A stretch of DNA of 64,000 nucleotides from Lingula anatina (Eukaryota > Animalia > Brachiopoda), in contig CM120648.1 in the NCBI GenBank assembly GCA_051362555.1, positions 10,474,587-10,538,586 on the forward strand, in the 5' to 3' direction. A model generated the notes under the pieces. The model was not told the DNA's origin. It saw only the letters and a list, made by a program, of their open reading frames with translations, and did not search any database. Positions 53,769 through 64,000 of the stretch are shown piece after piece; the first letter of the stretch is position 1, and the number at the start of each line of letters is the position of its first letter. The position numbers were made by a program, and so were the translations under genes.

Positions 53769-54104
53769 ATGCAGCCCAGTGAAATCTTTACTGAGGTGCG
53801 GCCATCTTGGAGCTGGTGTTCCATGGGCTGGGCCGTATTCGTCACCCTCTGCTGTTGGCCTTTCAACCTCCTCGGCGCCTGCGGCGTCCTCTGCTCCATG
53901 CTCAGTTATACCGACCACAAGAGCCAAGACTACGAGCGCTCTCGGTACAAGAGGCGCTGCGCGTGGGGCTGCACCATAGCGGGGCTTATCTTGGGATTTA
54001 TCGTCATCACCCTAGCGGTCGTCCTAGTCTTTGTTGTATATCCAACCCTCATACCTGGATTGAAGGACTCAGAAGCCTACAAAAACTGGGACATCAGGCC
54101 TTAG
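53769..54104 (+). CDS. CD225/dispanin-family (IFITM/PRRT/TRARG1-like) membrane protein, paralog 1, exon 2
   Basis: Acceptor ATCAG|. First hydrophobic segment WAVFVTLCCWPFNLLGACGVLCS, then a charged loop YTDHKSQDYERSRYKRRCA, then TM IAGLILGFIVITLAVVLVFVVY. This is the two-hydrophobic-segment CD225 layout with a CC-x-P motif; GC-rich coding composition. Confidence 0.85.
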   Translation: MQPSEIFTEVRPSWSWCSMGWAVFVTLCCWPFNLLGACGVLCSMLSYTDHKSQDYERSRYKRRCAWGCTIAGLILGFIVITLAVVLVFVVYPTLIPGLKDSEAYKNWDIRP

Positions 54105-55943
54105 TTTTATATACTAGTGATTATATATTATATTTTATATAACCATCGGTCATGGACTTTCAAGTTTGTCTATTTCGCTTCAGTTGGTAAAGTTATTGCA
54201 AAACACGAGGATACCTAGATGCAGAAAAAACACTGAATAGAAGCTGAAGTTTATGATCAGAGTGCGGAGGAGACACCTACCATAGAATTCATTGTCTTCG
54301 TGGGGATCTCATCTCACTAATCCAAAAATTATTCAAGATCACATCATGGAGTGACTAACAGAGCGCAAAGTGTGTAATGTGTCTATAAACTTTTGGACTG
54401 TGTGCCTTTCCGCAAAAAAATCTTATATAGACGGACGACAGGAGGAGCTCATATACGTCAAAAGGAATATCTAGATAATTGTTTCCTATTATAGTCATAC
54501 CTCGTGTTCGTGGAGGGGAATGTAATGGTCAGGTCTTTAATCGATATGGACTTTCGTTTTACTTCGGATTACTTGGGATCCACTTTCGTTTTCATTAAAG
54601 ACAAGGCAATTACAACTGTATTGAAGCTTATGTAAAGTACAAGCTCAAGGAACTCTTCGAAACATTCCTATGCTTAAGTTGACTGACAAGTTTTTTTAGA
54701 AACATTATTCGCGACAAAAGTGTAAGTCGCAGAAACTGGTTTAGACCTGACACCGGAGTTTTTGTAGCTACTGAATGATCATTTACCAGATTTTTATTTA
54801 CTCTATCTTCCTGAACAAACATTGAAAAATGCAAATATTCCCATGCGCAGATTTTGCTACTGTCACACCCAATTTCTTAGAGCACTTTTACAATCGACAA
54901 ACACAACTAGTCAGAAACGTTGTACTGGCTGAACAGATTTGTATGAAAAAGAAGAACCACCCTGGGATGCGTTACCCGTTTTAATGCGTGGGGCTTTCTT
55001 AAAATTGCACTGAAGTCGCACAGGCATATGTATATTCATAGAATTTATCTTTGTGACGTCAGTGTCTGTGACGTCAATGCCAGTTCATTGTGACGTCACA
55101 AAATGATGGCTTCCATTGTCCATTGTTATATTAATGTAGATCTTTATGACTAATATGTTGTACATATTTCAACAAAATAAAACTTTAACTGCCTTATCGA
55201 CAATGGTTCCTTTTCGGGAGACATCGTTTTGTAGAATGTGAAAACTCGACAATTTGAACCCTGATGTAGTATCTTTAGCTGTTATAATCTCTCTAGCTCA
55301 TATTTTACTATGAAAGTCTGACTGACATTGAGTCGGGCGTCTCACACAGTTAGCCAAAGTAGAAAGTTTGCTAAGTGCTTTTAATATTAATGCATACAAT
55401 TGATATTTTTTAATAAAATCAAATATACGGGAATAATAAAATACACTTGCGTTTTATTCTGATTTTAATGTTCTGGAAAAACCGTCGTATAAGGACAGGA
55501 TCAAGTCTGTCGATGAAATCAGTATTTTACATGAGTAGTAATGATTTAACAATGAATCAAAGCTGACAGCATCATTGATATTATTACTAGTATTACTATT
55601 TTTAAACTTCGTTTTTATCTTAAAAAATCTCAGCGTTGTCAACAGCAAGCTATGGTTAAAAACAAGGGCGTACGGCGTACTTGGAGGTTCTCTCTCAACA
55701 AAGAAAAAGAGACGTTACAAGATGACCATTACCGTACCAAAAGGTCTCCATATGGAACAGACCTTGACTTAAAGCGTTACAAAAGATGCATATCTTTTTT
55801 TTTCTTTTTTGCATATCTTAATGGCATCTTTTTAGGGTCATGAGACTGAAAGTCTAGTTACCGCTACAAGCATATATTGATAGTCGCATACATACATTCT
55901 GAAGGGGTCAGTTTGCAGAATAATCGTTTGACAAGGAGCATTT

Positions 55944-56126
55944 GAGCGCATTTAAAACCGCGGACTAACAGCTCGGCGGAGCAAATATGGCGACCACTAT
56001 AAAGCTTGCCTCTTATTCCCCAATAGACACCGAATGGATCCCCCGCAGGTTTTACGCAACAAGCATTCAAGTGGGTCGGCCATATTTGACCCGTGGACCT
56101 GTTAGTCCTCTGTTATGAATGCGCTC
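55944..56126. mobile_element. MITE, ATTCAGAAC family
   Basis: TTT-GAGCGCATTT ... GAATGCGCTC-TTT; the internal sequence matches 2062-2236. Confidence 0.82.
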
Positions 56127-56246
56127 TTTGCTGCCCGATGTCATTTGAGGCATATTTATGATGATAGGTAACTTAATGATGTCACTGACCCAGATGACCG
56201 ATAAGTGGGCAAAAAGACGTTCACATTAAGACCAGCAGAACATTGA

Positions 56247-56495
56247 GGTCACGTTCACACTCTGGTCTGTCAGATAGAGATTGCTTCGATCCATATTGCG
56301 TACAAAGAAATTGTTTAGGTGAAAAACTGAAAAAAAAACATCATACCTTTCAAAGTTGAAAAATGCCTGAACGCAATAACCGTAATTTGAAGTACTTATG
56401 AGTCAAGGTATTTTATGAACGGGGACTAGTACCCCGTTAGTACGTCATATAAGCTGAAACGATTTGGATCAATCTACAGAGATGTGAACACGGCC
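56247..56495. mobile_element. Possible old Harbinger-like MITE
   Basis: TGA-GGTCACGTTCACAC ... ATGTGAACACGGCC-TAA, with an internal palindrome AACGGGGACTAGTACCCCGTT. Confidence 0.4.
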
Positions 56496-58316
56496 TAAGA
56501 GTACCGATACTGGACAAGGAAATCTGCTAAAAGAAAATTTACTGATTGTTTGGGACATAAATCTCGTGACAGTATACCATATTACATTAAGAACTCGCCC
56601 ACATAGTTTATCATGTCAGTATTTTATCTGTGTCCCGGTCAAAAGCTTTTTTTTTTAAATTTTATGTGAACGACCTCCTTCAACGGGTAACTGGAAAAGC
56701 AGCATTCGGGACACTTCGGTTAATTCCGTAAACTTGAGACACGAGTTCAGCCGAGGTGCTTCAAATGGCAAAGACAAGCACACTCCTAGACTTTTGAACA
56801 TTTGTCTAAACCACCGTCTTGACTGTATTATTCAGATAACAAGATTCACATTCATTCTCTAAAAATTGAAATGAAAATTGCTTTTTTAATAGGAAAAAGA
56901 CAGAAATAAAACTAATGCAATTTACGTGCATCGAAACAATAATACGGTTTAACGTAGATCTGATTTATTTTAATGAATAGAAAAAACCTGGCGTTTTTTA
57001 CGATCCTTATTATTTCAACACATTCTTCTGGCACATGTAACAATAACTATGCGATAAAAAGTAAATCCTGACACTTCCATTGATTAAACAATTTTTAAGG
57101 AAGTAAAAGTACGATGTGTACTATGTGCCATTCAAGTCATCATATCTAACGTATTCAAATAACATGAATAAATAATAAATATTATTAAAAAATAAACAAA
57201 AAGAAATCTGCATTAAGGCTACACATACTAGACGATATTGAATTGCATTCTTGCCTGAAAGAATTGTAATTAATATGAAAACGTACAGATACAGCCATAA
57301 ATGAGCTAATACTAGTAACGGTATATAGACAATCTAGGATATCTACTAACTGATAGCGATAAGGCAAGCAAAACCTTTTCTCATGAAGGGTTTCGCTTAA
57401 ATATTCAACATCTTTATCTTTAAACTGTTCCCTGCTTAGTGTATATTATCATATAATATCAATAACATATATTTATAATCATTTCCGTCGTAAAATAATG
57501 GAAAAGAATTACATTCATATATTATGCCAATGTTATATTGTTCCAGTATGCGATCTACCATAACTGAATTCTATAAATAACTTCTTATGAGAAAAATAAA
57601 TATAACTTAGTTGAGAAAACAGTAACAATAATACAGTTGTAAAATTGAAAGCATCGGGGCTTATCCTAACCAAGGACGTATCCAAAAACGTCTGTATTGG
57701 GGTTAAAGATTGCCACAGCCTTCTCCTGTCTTTGCGTGATTGTACATAATAAATTATTCTTATACGTCATCGGGAGGTATCTTTCAGGAGACGAATGAAA
57801 TAGGCCTACCATACCAAACCTCCATTTTTTAATACGAGATGTTATAAAATATGGAAAAAATGTATGCATAAATACTCATTTTAGTAACCTGGATATTCGA
57901 AAATCATGTCTAAACAGGACCCGTTACCTCGACTATCTAAAATAAACTATATATACCAGTCTTAAATCATATATAGATAGGTACATCCCTGCTAGAACAA
58001 CACGTGCTTTACGCTTTCTTTCCCTCGCCAATCGTATTTAGTGATCTCACGGTTTCATTTTCCGGAAAACGCTTTTATAAAATTACTTGAGAACGAAAAC
58101 CAGTTGAAGCTTTTAGACTCCAGATAAGCTTTATTGTATAAAATATAAGTACTGTTCAGTATCATTAGCCATGCGTTGCTTGTTTTGAAACAGGTGCAGA
58201 CTTTTTGTTTTATACTTAGATCAAAGTAGGCTTAAAATTTGACTAAAGATTTAGACCATTTCCGATTTGGAGTTTTAATGCCCCCCAAAAAGTATCCTAA
58301 GAGTCAGGAAAACTAT

Positions 58317-58649
58317 TCATTTTGAGGTGGTTGTATTCCGAAAACTGCGAATCCATGTTGGAAGATTTGCATCCACAGGAAGTCCATAAACCACTCCAAA
58401 AAACACAGCAACAAAAATGATAACGAGAAGCGCAGAAATGAGGTTGATGGCCAGTGCCCATCGATTTTTCCGCTTTAGCCCTGCATAGTCCTTCGTCTTG
58501 TGATCCACGTACGCATGGATCGAACAAAGTAGTGCTAGGAATCCACATGGCGGAAGAATACACATGGTGGTGACGACAGACCAAACTGTTGCTAGCCAGC
58601 TCCAACTGCGGTCTTCTTCTTTGCGTTCTATGTTCCGGGAATAAGTGTA
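58317..58649 (-). CDS. CD225/dispanin-family membrane protein, paralog 2, exon 2
   Basis: Minus-strand acceptor CCTTTCCAG|TAC. Encodes YTYSRNIERKEEDRSWSWLATVWSVVTTMCILPPCGFLALLCSIHAYVDHKTKDYAGLKRKNRWALAINLISALLVIIFVAVFFGVVYGLP...*, which aligns with paralog 1. Confidence 0.85.
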   Translation of the reverse strand, partial: YTYSRNIERKEEDRSWSWLATVWSVVTTMCILPPCGFLALLCSIHAYVDHKTKDYAGLKRKNRWALAINLISALLVIIFVAVFFGVVYGLPVDANLPTWIRSFRNTTTSK

Positions 58650-58997
58650 CTGGAAAGGTGTAGGAAAAATTTTGTTATTTTAGTGCTTTATAATTTTGAC
58701 CAGAAACAAAACACATTTTCTACCTACAGCTAGCTGTTTTGAATTCACAGTTAAACGTCTTTGGTAATTATCATCATGTAAATTGTTTTTTTAAAAATCC
58801 TTACGTCGTTTTTAACGGTTCGGATATCAAATGAAATTTCCCGGGGAAAAAACATTGCGTTTTATATAAAAAGTTAAAAAGTCTACCTATATCAAAACTG
58901 CAGGGATGTTAATTACACTCGACAGATTATTTACAAGTCTAAAAAAAGTACATAAATTGAAGATAAATACCCTTTAATCAATTTAATCAAAAAGCAG

Positions 58998-59040
<43 letters not shown>

Positions 59041-59055
59041 AGCGTTTCTTCATAC

Positions 59056-59274
59056 CTGTCCCGCAGTGGACGCACCCACAGATTCCTGAGCATCAAAGCG
59101 GTCAAAGGTCATGTCATTGGTCCTTGCCCTATAGTCGTCCCTATCATCGTAGTCTCTGGTGGGGACGGCGGACTCCGCGGGATTGGCCCCGTACATCCTC
59201 TGAGGCCACTGGTAGGCCGGGTTAGGGGCACGGTGGCCTGCGTTGTAATACGGGTCGCGGGAGTAGTGGTTCAT
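59056..59274 (-). CDS. CD225/dispanin-family membrane protein, paralog 2, coding exon 1
   Basis: GC-rich ORF MNHYSRDPYY...ASTAGQ ending at donor CAG|GTATGA, phase 0, in frame with 58649. An acceptor TTTCAG lies about 46 nt upstream of the ATG. Confidence 0.82.
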
Positions 59275-61038
59275 TTTCTTAGTTGGCGTCTGTGCTTGTA
59301 TTCAGTCTGTTCCTCTGTGGCTGAAATAGCTAGCTGTAATGTTTAAAAAAATATAGTTCTTATTTATCCTTCTTTTATTTATTTCATGTTCACTGTTTTT
59401 TCTTTCTTTCTTTTCATCTCTATTTCGTCTTTTGTCTTCTCTTAGTTTGTTCCTTTCTAGATCTCGTGTTAACATTTTACCGTCTCTCTAAATTATAGTT
59501 ACAAGCATTGTATTGTTAAAAAATGGTTTTTATTTATCCATCGTTTATTGATTCTTTGTCAATCGTTTTTCTTTCTTTCTTTTATCTTTCTTTCATTTTT
59601 TTGTCTACTCTTGATTTGTTTTTCCTTTCTTTAATTCTCCAAATAATTATAATTACGAACATCAAATGCGCTCTATCAATTCATTTGATTTCCTCCATAC
59701 ACCATTACTTTTATTCTTTCTTTCTTTCTTTTGTAATCGACTCCGACCATCAACTTTCGATAATCACAGGACCATTATCTTTTGATATGAACCTTTATAC
59801 GATCTACAATTTATATAAGATCATCTACAATCTACCGAGAATATAAACCTGCATAGTCTTGGACTTCATCGGCTAAAGCACGCCAGGTATGCGGAATACA
59901 AACGCAAACAACGCGTTAGACCATTTCATTTTAAGCTCGTGTTTCATGATACGATTTCTATTCACGGTCTCTTCAGTATATGGATATACAGACCTTTGTT
60001 AGGTCTCTGTACTTTTGTATACGGCTGCGGTACCAGGTCATATCCCTGTGTAACCTAGGTTGTGCTCAATACTATTTTATACAAGGTAGAAAACATTCTT
60101 GAATTGAGAGATATGATAATTGGGCTTGTTGGTGGAAAAACAACGTAAACAGAAAAAAAAAACATCCACCCCCTTCACATGTACACTGTACTCACATAAA
60201 TGCATGGTCATGCAAATTAACAACAAAAATAGTATCGATCCAGAGAGGTTTATTTTAATTGCGTCTCAGACTGAATTGCATTTTTCAGTTAAATTTAGTC
60301 GTTTTCATATTGCCAGTCGCTTCATTAGGCGGGGTCCAATAAGGTGGTGGTTGGGGCTTTGAGGGGGGGGGGGGGGGTAGGGGAGTAGGGGGGATCTAGT
60401 ATTTATAGAACTGTTGACCTCCTAACGCCGTCATTTCATTATAACAATCATCATGTAGAAGTTACACCCTCTTTCAACCGGCGGTGACTAACCGGAGTCG
60501 CATTCACGAGCTACACAAAAATAATATCCTCAAACATAGTCTTGTGTTACATAAATAACGCGCTCAGCTTTGCACACCTGAAGACCTCTAGCTTGATTAT
60601 ACACAGTCAGTGGTCGTTACGTTCTAAAAATTTATCTAATCTATTTCTACACCCCGCCATTCAAGTTAATTTATAAGACTATCTTCCCCAAATTCCATCC
60701 TTACAACGCACTGGGAAGGGGGGGGGGGTTATATCGATCCCAATGAAATCGATCTGCAATGATTCGGTTTCAGGTAACGTCTTTTCCATATGTAGAATAT
60801 TATGCCTTCAGCTTGCTATAGATGTTCACAGCGCTGCCCAACCTCATGGGGACATTATCTGAGCCACTGACTCCATTATTTGGGAGCACCCATACCTTAT
60901 ATCAAAGGCGCCCTACTTTGCCTTATAAGATGCTTAGTGCACTGGGCGTATCTTCGCTGTGATAATATAACATAACATGAGAGTTTTCAATGTTAGTGAT
61001 TATCTTTGGTGTTTCACGTGAATATGTATGAAACTTAC

Positions 61039-61321
61039 CCTGAGAAGAACGCTAAGCGCGGACTTCGCCTTCCTAGATCCCAGCCATACTGTTAAAAAGG
61101 AAGTTTTTAGGCTCAGGTGTATATAACAATTTAACTTCCCCCTCTGTCTGTAAACCCACACCTGTTTATCCGTATACCTGTATTGATCTGGAATTACACA
61201 CGAGGTCAAAGGTCAAGGTCACGCCTATTATCCGATGTCGTCGGTGTAAACGAGCTGGCGATCCCCGTAACAGATTCAGCCCTTCACTGGATTCACACAG
61301 GTTACGGTTATCGTGACGTCA
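61039..61321 (-). promoter_or_regulatory. Candidate promoter and 5'UTR exon of dispanin paralog 2
   Basis: Minus-strand donor AGG|GTAAGT at 61039/61038; TATATA at 61120-61125; AGGTCA-A-AGGTCA-AGGTCA at 61203-61221; TGACGTCA at 61314-61321. Confidence 0.45.
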
Positions 61322-61394
61322 GTTGGTCAAAATCTAGAGTGGGGTTTGTCTATCGCATCATTGAGGACTGGACCCAGCATCATAGACGTCTTTA

Positions 61395-61560
61395 CAGACC
61401 CGTAACCCGGGGAGGGGGTTTGTCGGGAAAAGTCCCCCCCCCCCCCCCCCCCCTTGGTAAAATTTTATCTAGGTACACTACGGTTTCATGGTAAAAGGTT
61501 CACCTTTTCAGAAAAAGCCCCCCCCCCCCCTCCCCTTTAAAATTGCTGGCTACGACCCTA
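61395..61560. mobile_element. Degenerate MITE (CAGGCCCGTAGCCAG-type termini)
   Basis: CAGACCCGTAACCCGG ... CTGGCTACGACCCTA, with internal C runs. Confidence 0.45.
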
Positions 61561-61987
61561 CTTTACCATGAGAAAATAGTGCCTGGACTTGGTGTATGTC
61601 TGAAACAATGCTTTCTTTTTCCTTCCATTACTTTGACCTCCTTCCTTTGGTTATAGATTTCTTTCAAATACATATGCGGTATCCAGAAATGAACTTTAGG
61701 TGCCCCATAATAACGTCAAGATGTAAAAATAATGGAACTACAACTTCATTCGTGTTGACTTTATTTCATATTGAAAGAAACTTGTTTCTTAAAAGACTTT
61801 AAAAGATCAAGCTTTCCATCTTTATCTCATTAAAATAAAATATTGGACCTTTTTTTCAAAGGAACTGAGACAGACGTTTCCATAAATTCATAATTTGATT
61901 TTTGAACTAATTACTGGTTTTATAGTTTGATAGATTCCTAGAAAATCTTTTTCAGATCAAAAAATAAATACATCTAAAGTTGCCACA

Positions 61988-62049
61988 ATATTTACCCTTG
62001 TCATGAAAAAATACATGAATATTTACCCTTGTCATGAAAAAATACATGC
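61988..62049. repeat. Perfect 31-bp tandem duplication
   Basis: AATATTTACCCTTGTCATGAAAAAATACATG x2. Confidence 0.9.
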
Positions 62050-62736
62050 TTGTTCAGTCAAAATACGTTTTGCATTTTACCCACAGCTGCCAAATAAAAT
62101 ATAGTCTTAGTCACAAATAATATTATTACTATTATCAAAACTGACACAAATTTAATTACTTGAGGTTCAAAACAGACATTTGAAAGCTTTGATGTCTAAC
62201 AAAGTATAATTCTGAATAACTTATTTTTACCTGTGGAACCGGCTTTTAGCACGACCGCGTATTTCTCGTAACATTAAAATAATTCTCAAGCCAAACCCTC
62301 GTTTTTTACCCCGTTCCGGTCAATCATGAATTCATTTATACATTTAACTATATAATGAAAAGCAGTAAACTTTTATGAATTCTCACATATTTTACTGCTT
62401 TTCATTCTTGTAAATCGCCAGATCTGACATCACATGACACACGCATCACAAACTTAATCACAATCATTAAAATGAGCTTCTAAAAATCATTAGGCATCTT
62501 GTTAAGACGTCATATACCTGATTATTTCAATAAGAGATACACATCCTTGCTCGAGACTAATAGTGTCCGTTAATATATGATCAATATGACGACGCTTCCC
62601 CTCTCAAAGAGGATTTTCACTAGTCAAGAGATCATACGTAGTCTGCATTACTATTATATGTATGGCACTGGTCTGAATAATTAATTTGCTTTTGTTCCTG
62701 TCACTCATCCTTTTCATTACCCTTAGTTATCCTTTA

Positions 62737-63196
62737 GACTTCATTCAGATTCAATCATCATGCCAGTTGGATCGATCCAACTCTGAGGAGATTCTCGCTA
62801 AAGTGGATTCAGTGTAATCAGTTAAATTGTCTGACATACCTCTCTGAATAGCTAATTAATAAGTTTATTATCCTTAACAACTCTAGGGGTGCATTCCCAT
62901 AGATTTAGATCGACCTAACTCCCTGGGGGCTCACGTTAAATTGCAGTCAGCCGAGCGCGCACCATAGTTAATTACCCCCTTACAGCTTTTAGTAGGCGGG
63001 ACAGACGCTTAAGCCGGCTAAGCTGACAGTAATCTAGTGAGACTCCCCACAGGGATAGATCGATCTAAAATCTATGGGAATGGGGTCTAGGAGGCGTGTC
63101 AGACATTTATATCAATTACAGTGATTGCACTTAGGGAGAATCAACCGCATAGTTGGATCGACCTAGCTAATACGATGGGTTTATCTGAATGCTTTT
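62737..63196. mobile_element. Outer GATCGATC-family MITE interrupted by a nested MITE
   Basis: The two halves (62737-62886 and 63088-63196) together align to the reverse complement of 16216-16453. Confidence 0.82.
62887..63087. mobile_element. Inner nested GATCGATC-family MITE
   Basis: TAG-GGGTGCATTCCCATAGATTTAGATCGA ... TCGATCTAAAATCTATGGGAATGGGGTC-TAG; homolog of 28285-28499. Confidence 0.87.
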
Positions 63197-63274
63197 AAGT
63201 GAGATTAGTTATCCTTTTTAGTGAGATAAGTAGAGGTATATCTGAAGAGAGTGGGCTACGTGCCCTGCCCTCTA

Positions 63275-63390
63275 CCAGGGCGGCAGATATTATAAGCACA
63301 TTTTCCCCCAGCCACAGTTAGAAGATTGACCACATTTAGCCAGAGACACAAACTGTGCATATCTAGTGAAAAATCAATCTGTGGCCCTGG
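63275..63390. mobile_element. Small inverted-repeat element
   Basis: TA-CCAGGGCGGCAGAT ... ATCTGTGGCCCTGG-TA. Confidence 0.45.
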
Positions 63391-64000
63391 TAGAAAGTAA
63401 CATGCCCCGCCGCTCCCACCCAAGATCGGCTATGGTTGATGTAAGCCCAGTCACAGAACACCACTATTGCCCAATATCAGACTCTAAAGCCTGAACCGCC
63501 TGTTTCAGGTCCACTATTGCTCTGTCTATGTCGTCCTTGGTCGTGTGTCGGCCAACACTCAAACGTAACGCGTTGGCGGCTGCGGTGGGATCCACTCCTG
63601 ACGCTAGCAAAATGTGAGAGGGCCTGGAATGGGAAATTTGCATTATAATAACAATGTAATATTAAACAGATAGAAAGAAACAATAAAAACCCGTGCGTAA
63701 AACAATGTAGGCAAAAAAAAAGAAGGTTAAAAGTTTTAAGGTAAAAATTAATCTCAATATTAACCGTTTACCTTGGGGTTCTAATGCTTTGATTATTATT
63801 AAAGCTACTGTTTGTAACAGTTATTTATGAACTTCATGTCAATCTTTAATGGTAATACTAAAATAAATTATTATCGTTATTGGCATAATAACTTACACAT
63901 TTATGTACCTATCTTTTGTTACTTATCTTGATCGATATATAAAAAAAGGATTTCAAGATGTTTAAATATCAATATCACTTAAAGCCTTTTTCTACCAAAG

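Noticed and set aside
59523-59846. 107-aa hydrophobic ORF
   Set aside because: T-rich low-complexity intronic DNA giving Phe/Leu/Ser/Ile by composition alone.

Overview
AT-rich animal genomic DNA with GT-AG spliceosomal introns and many microsatellites. It is probably from a non-arthropod invertebrate such as a mollusc or annelid, but the taxon is inferred, not determined. Four protein-coding genes can be reconstructed by hand. (1) The 3' part of a calexcitin/sarcoplasmic Ca-binding (EF-hand) gene (+, 1-3256), which has two paralogous 95-bp exons that must be mutually exclusive and that swap a Ca-liganding residue of an EF loop. (2) A two-exon class A peptide GPCR resembling ecdysis-triggering-hormone receptors (-, 7942-15488). 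(3, 4) A convergent pair of paralogous CD225/dispanin-type membrane-protein genes (+ 48652-54104; - 58317-59274) sharing a Y-x-DHK-x-x-DY motif. The intron of the + paralog holds an unclassified 3.5-kb TIR element with a target-site duplication (TSD), a 188-bp tandem array of YY1-type motifs and decayed exons. About 32 kb (15.5-47.8 kb) has no recognisable coding sequence. The window is dotted with palindromic MITEs: 3-bp-TSD PIF/Harbinger-like copies, one nested inside another, and TTAA-TSD Kolobok-like copies. Most entries in the ORF track are spurious.
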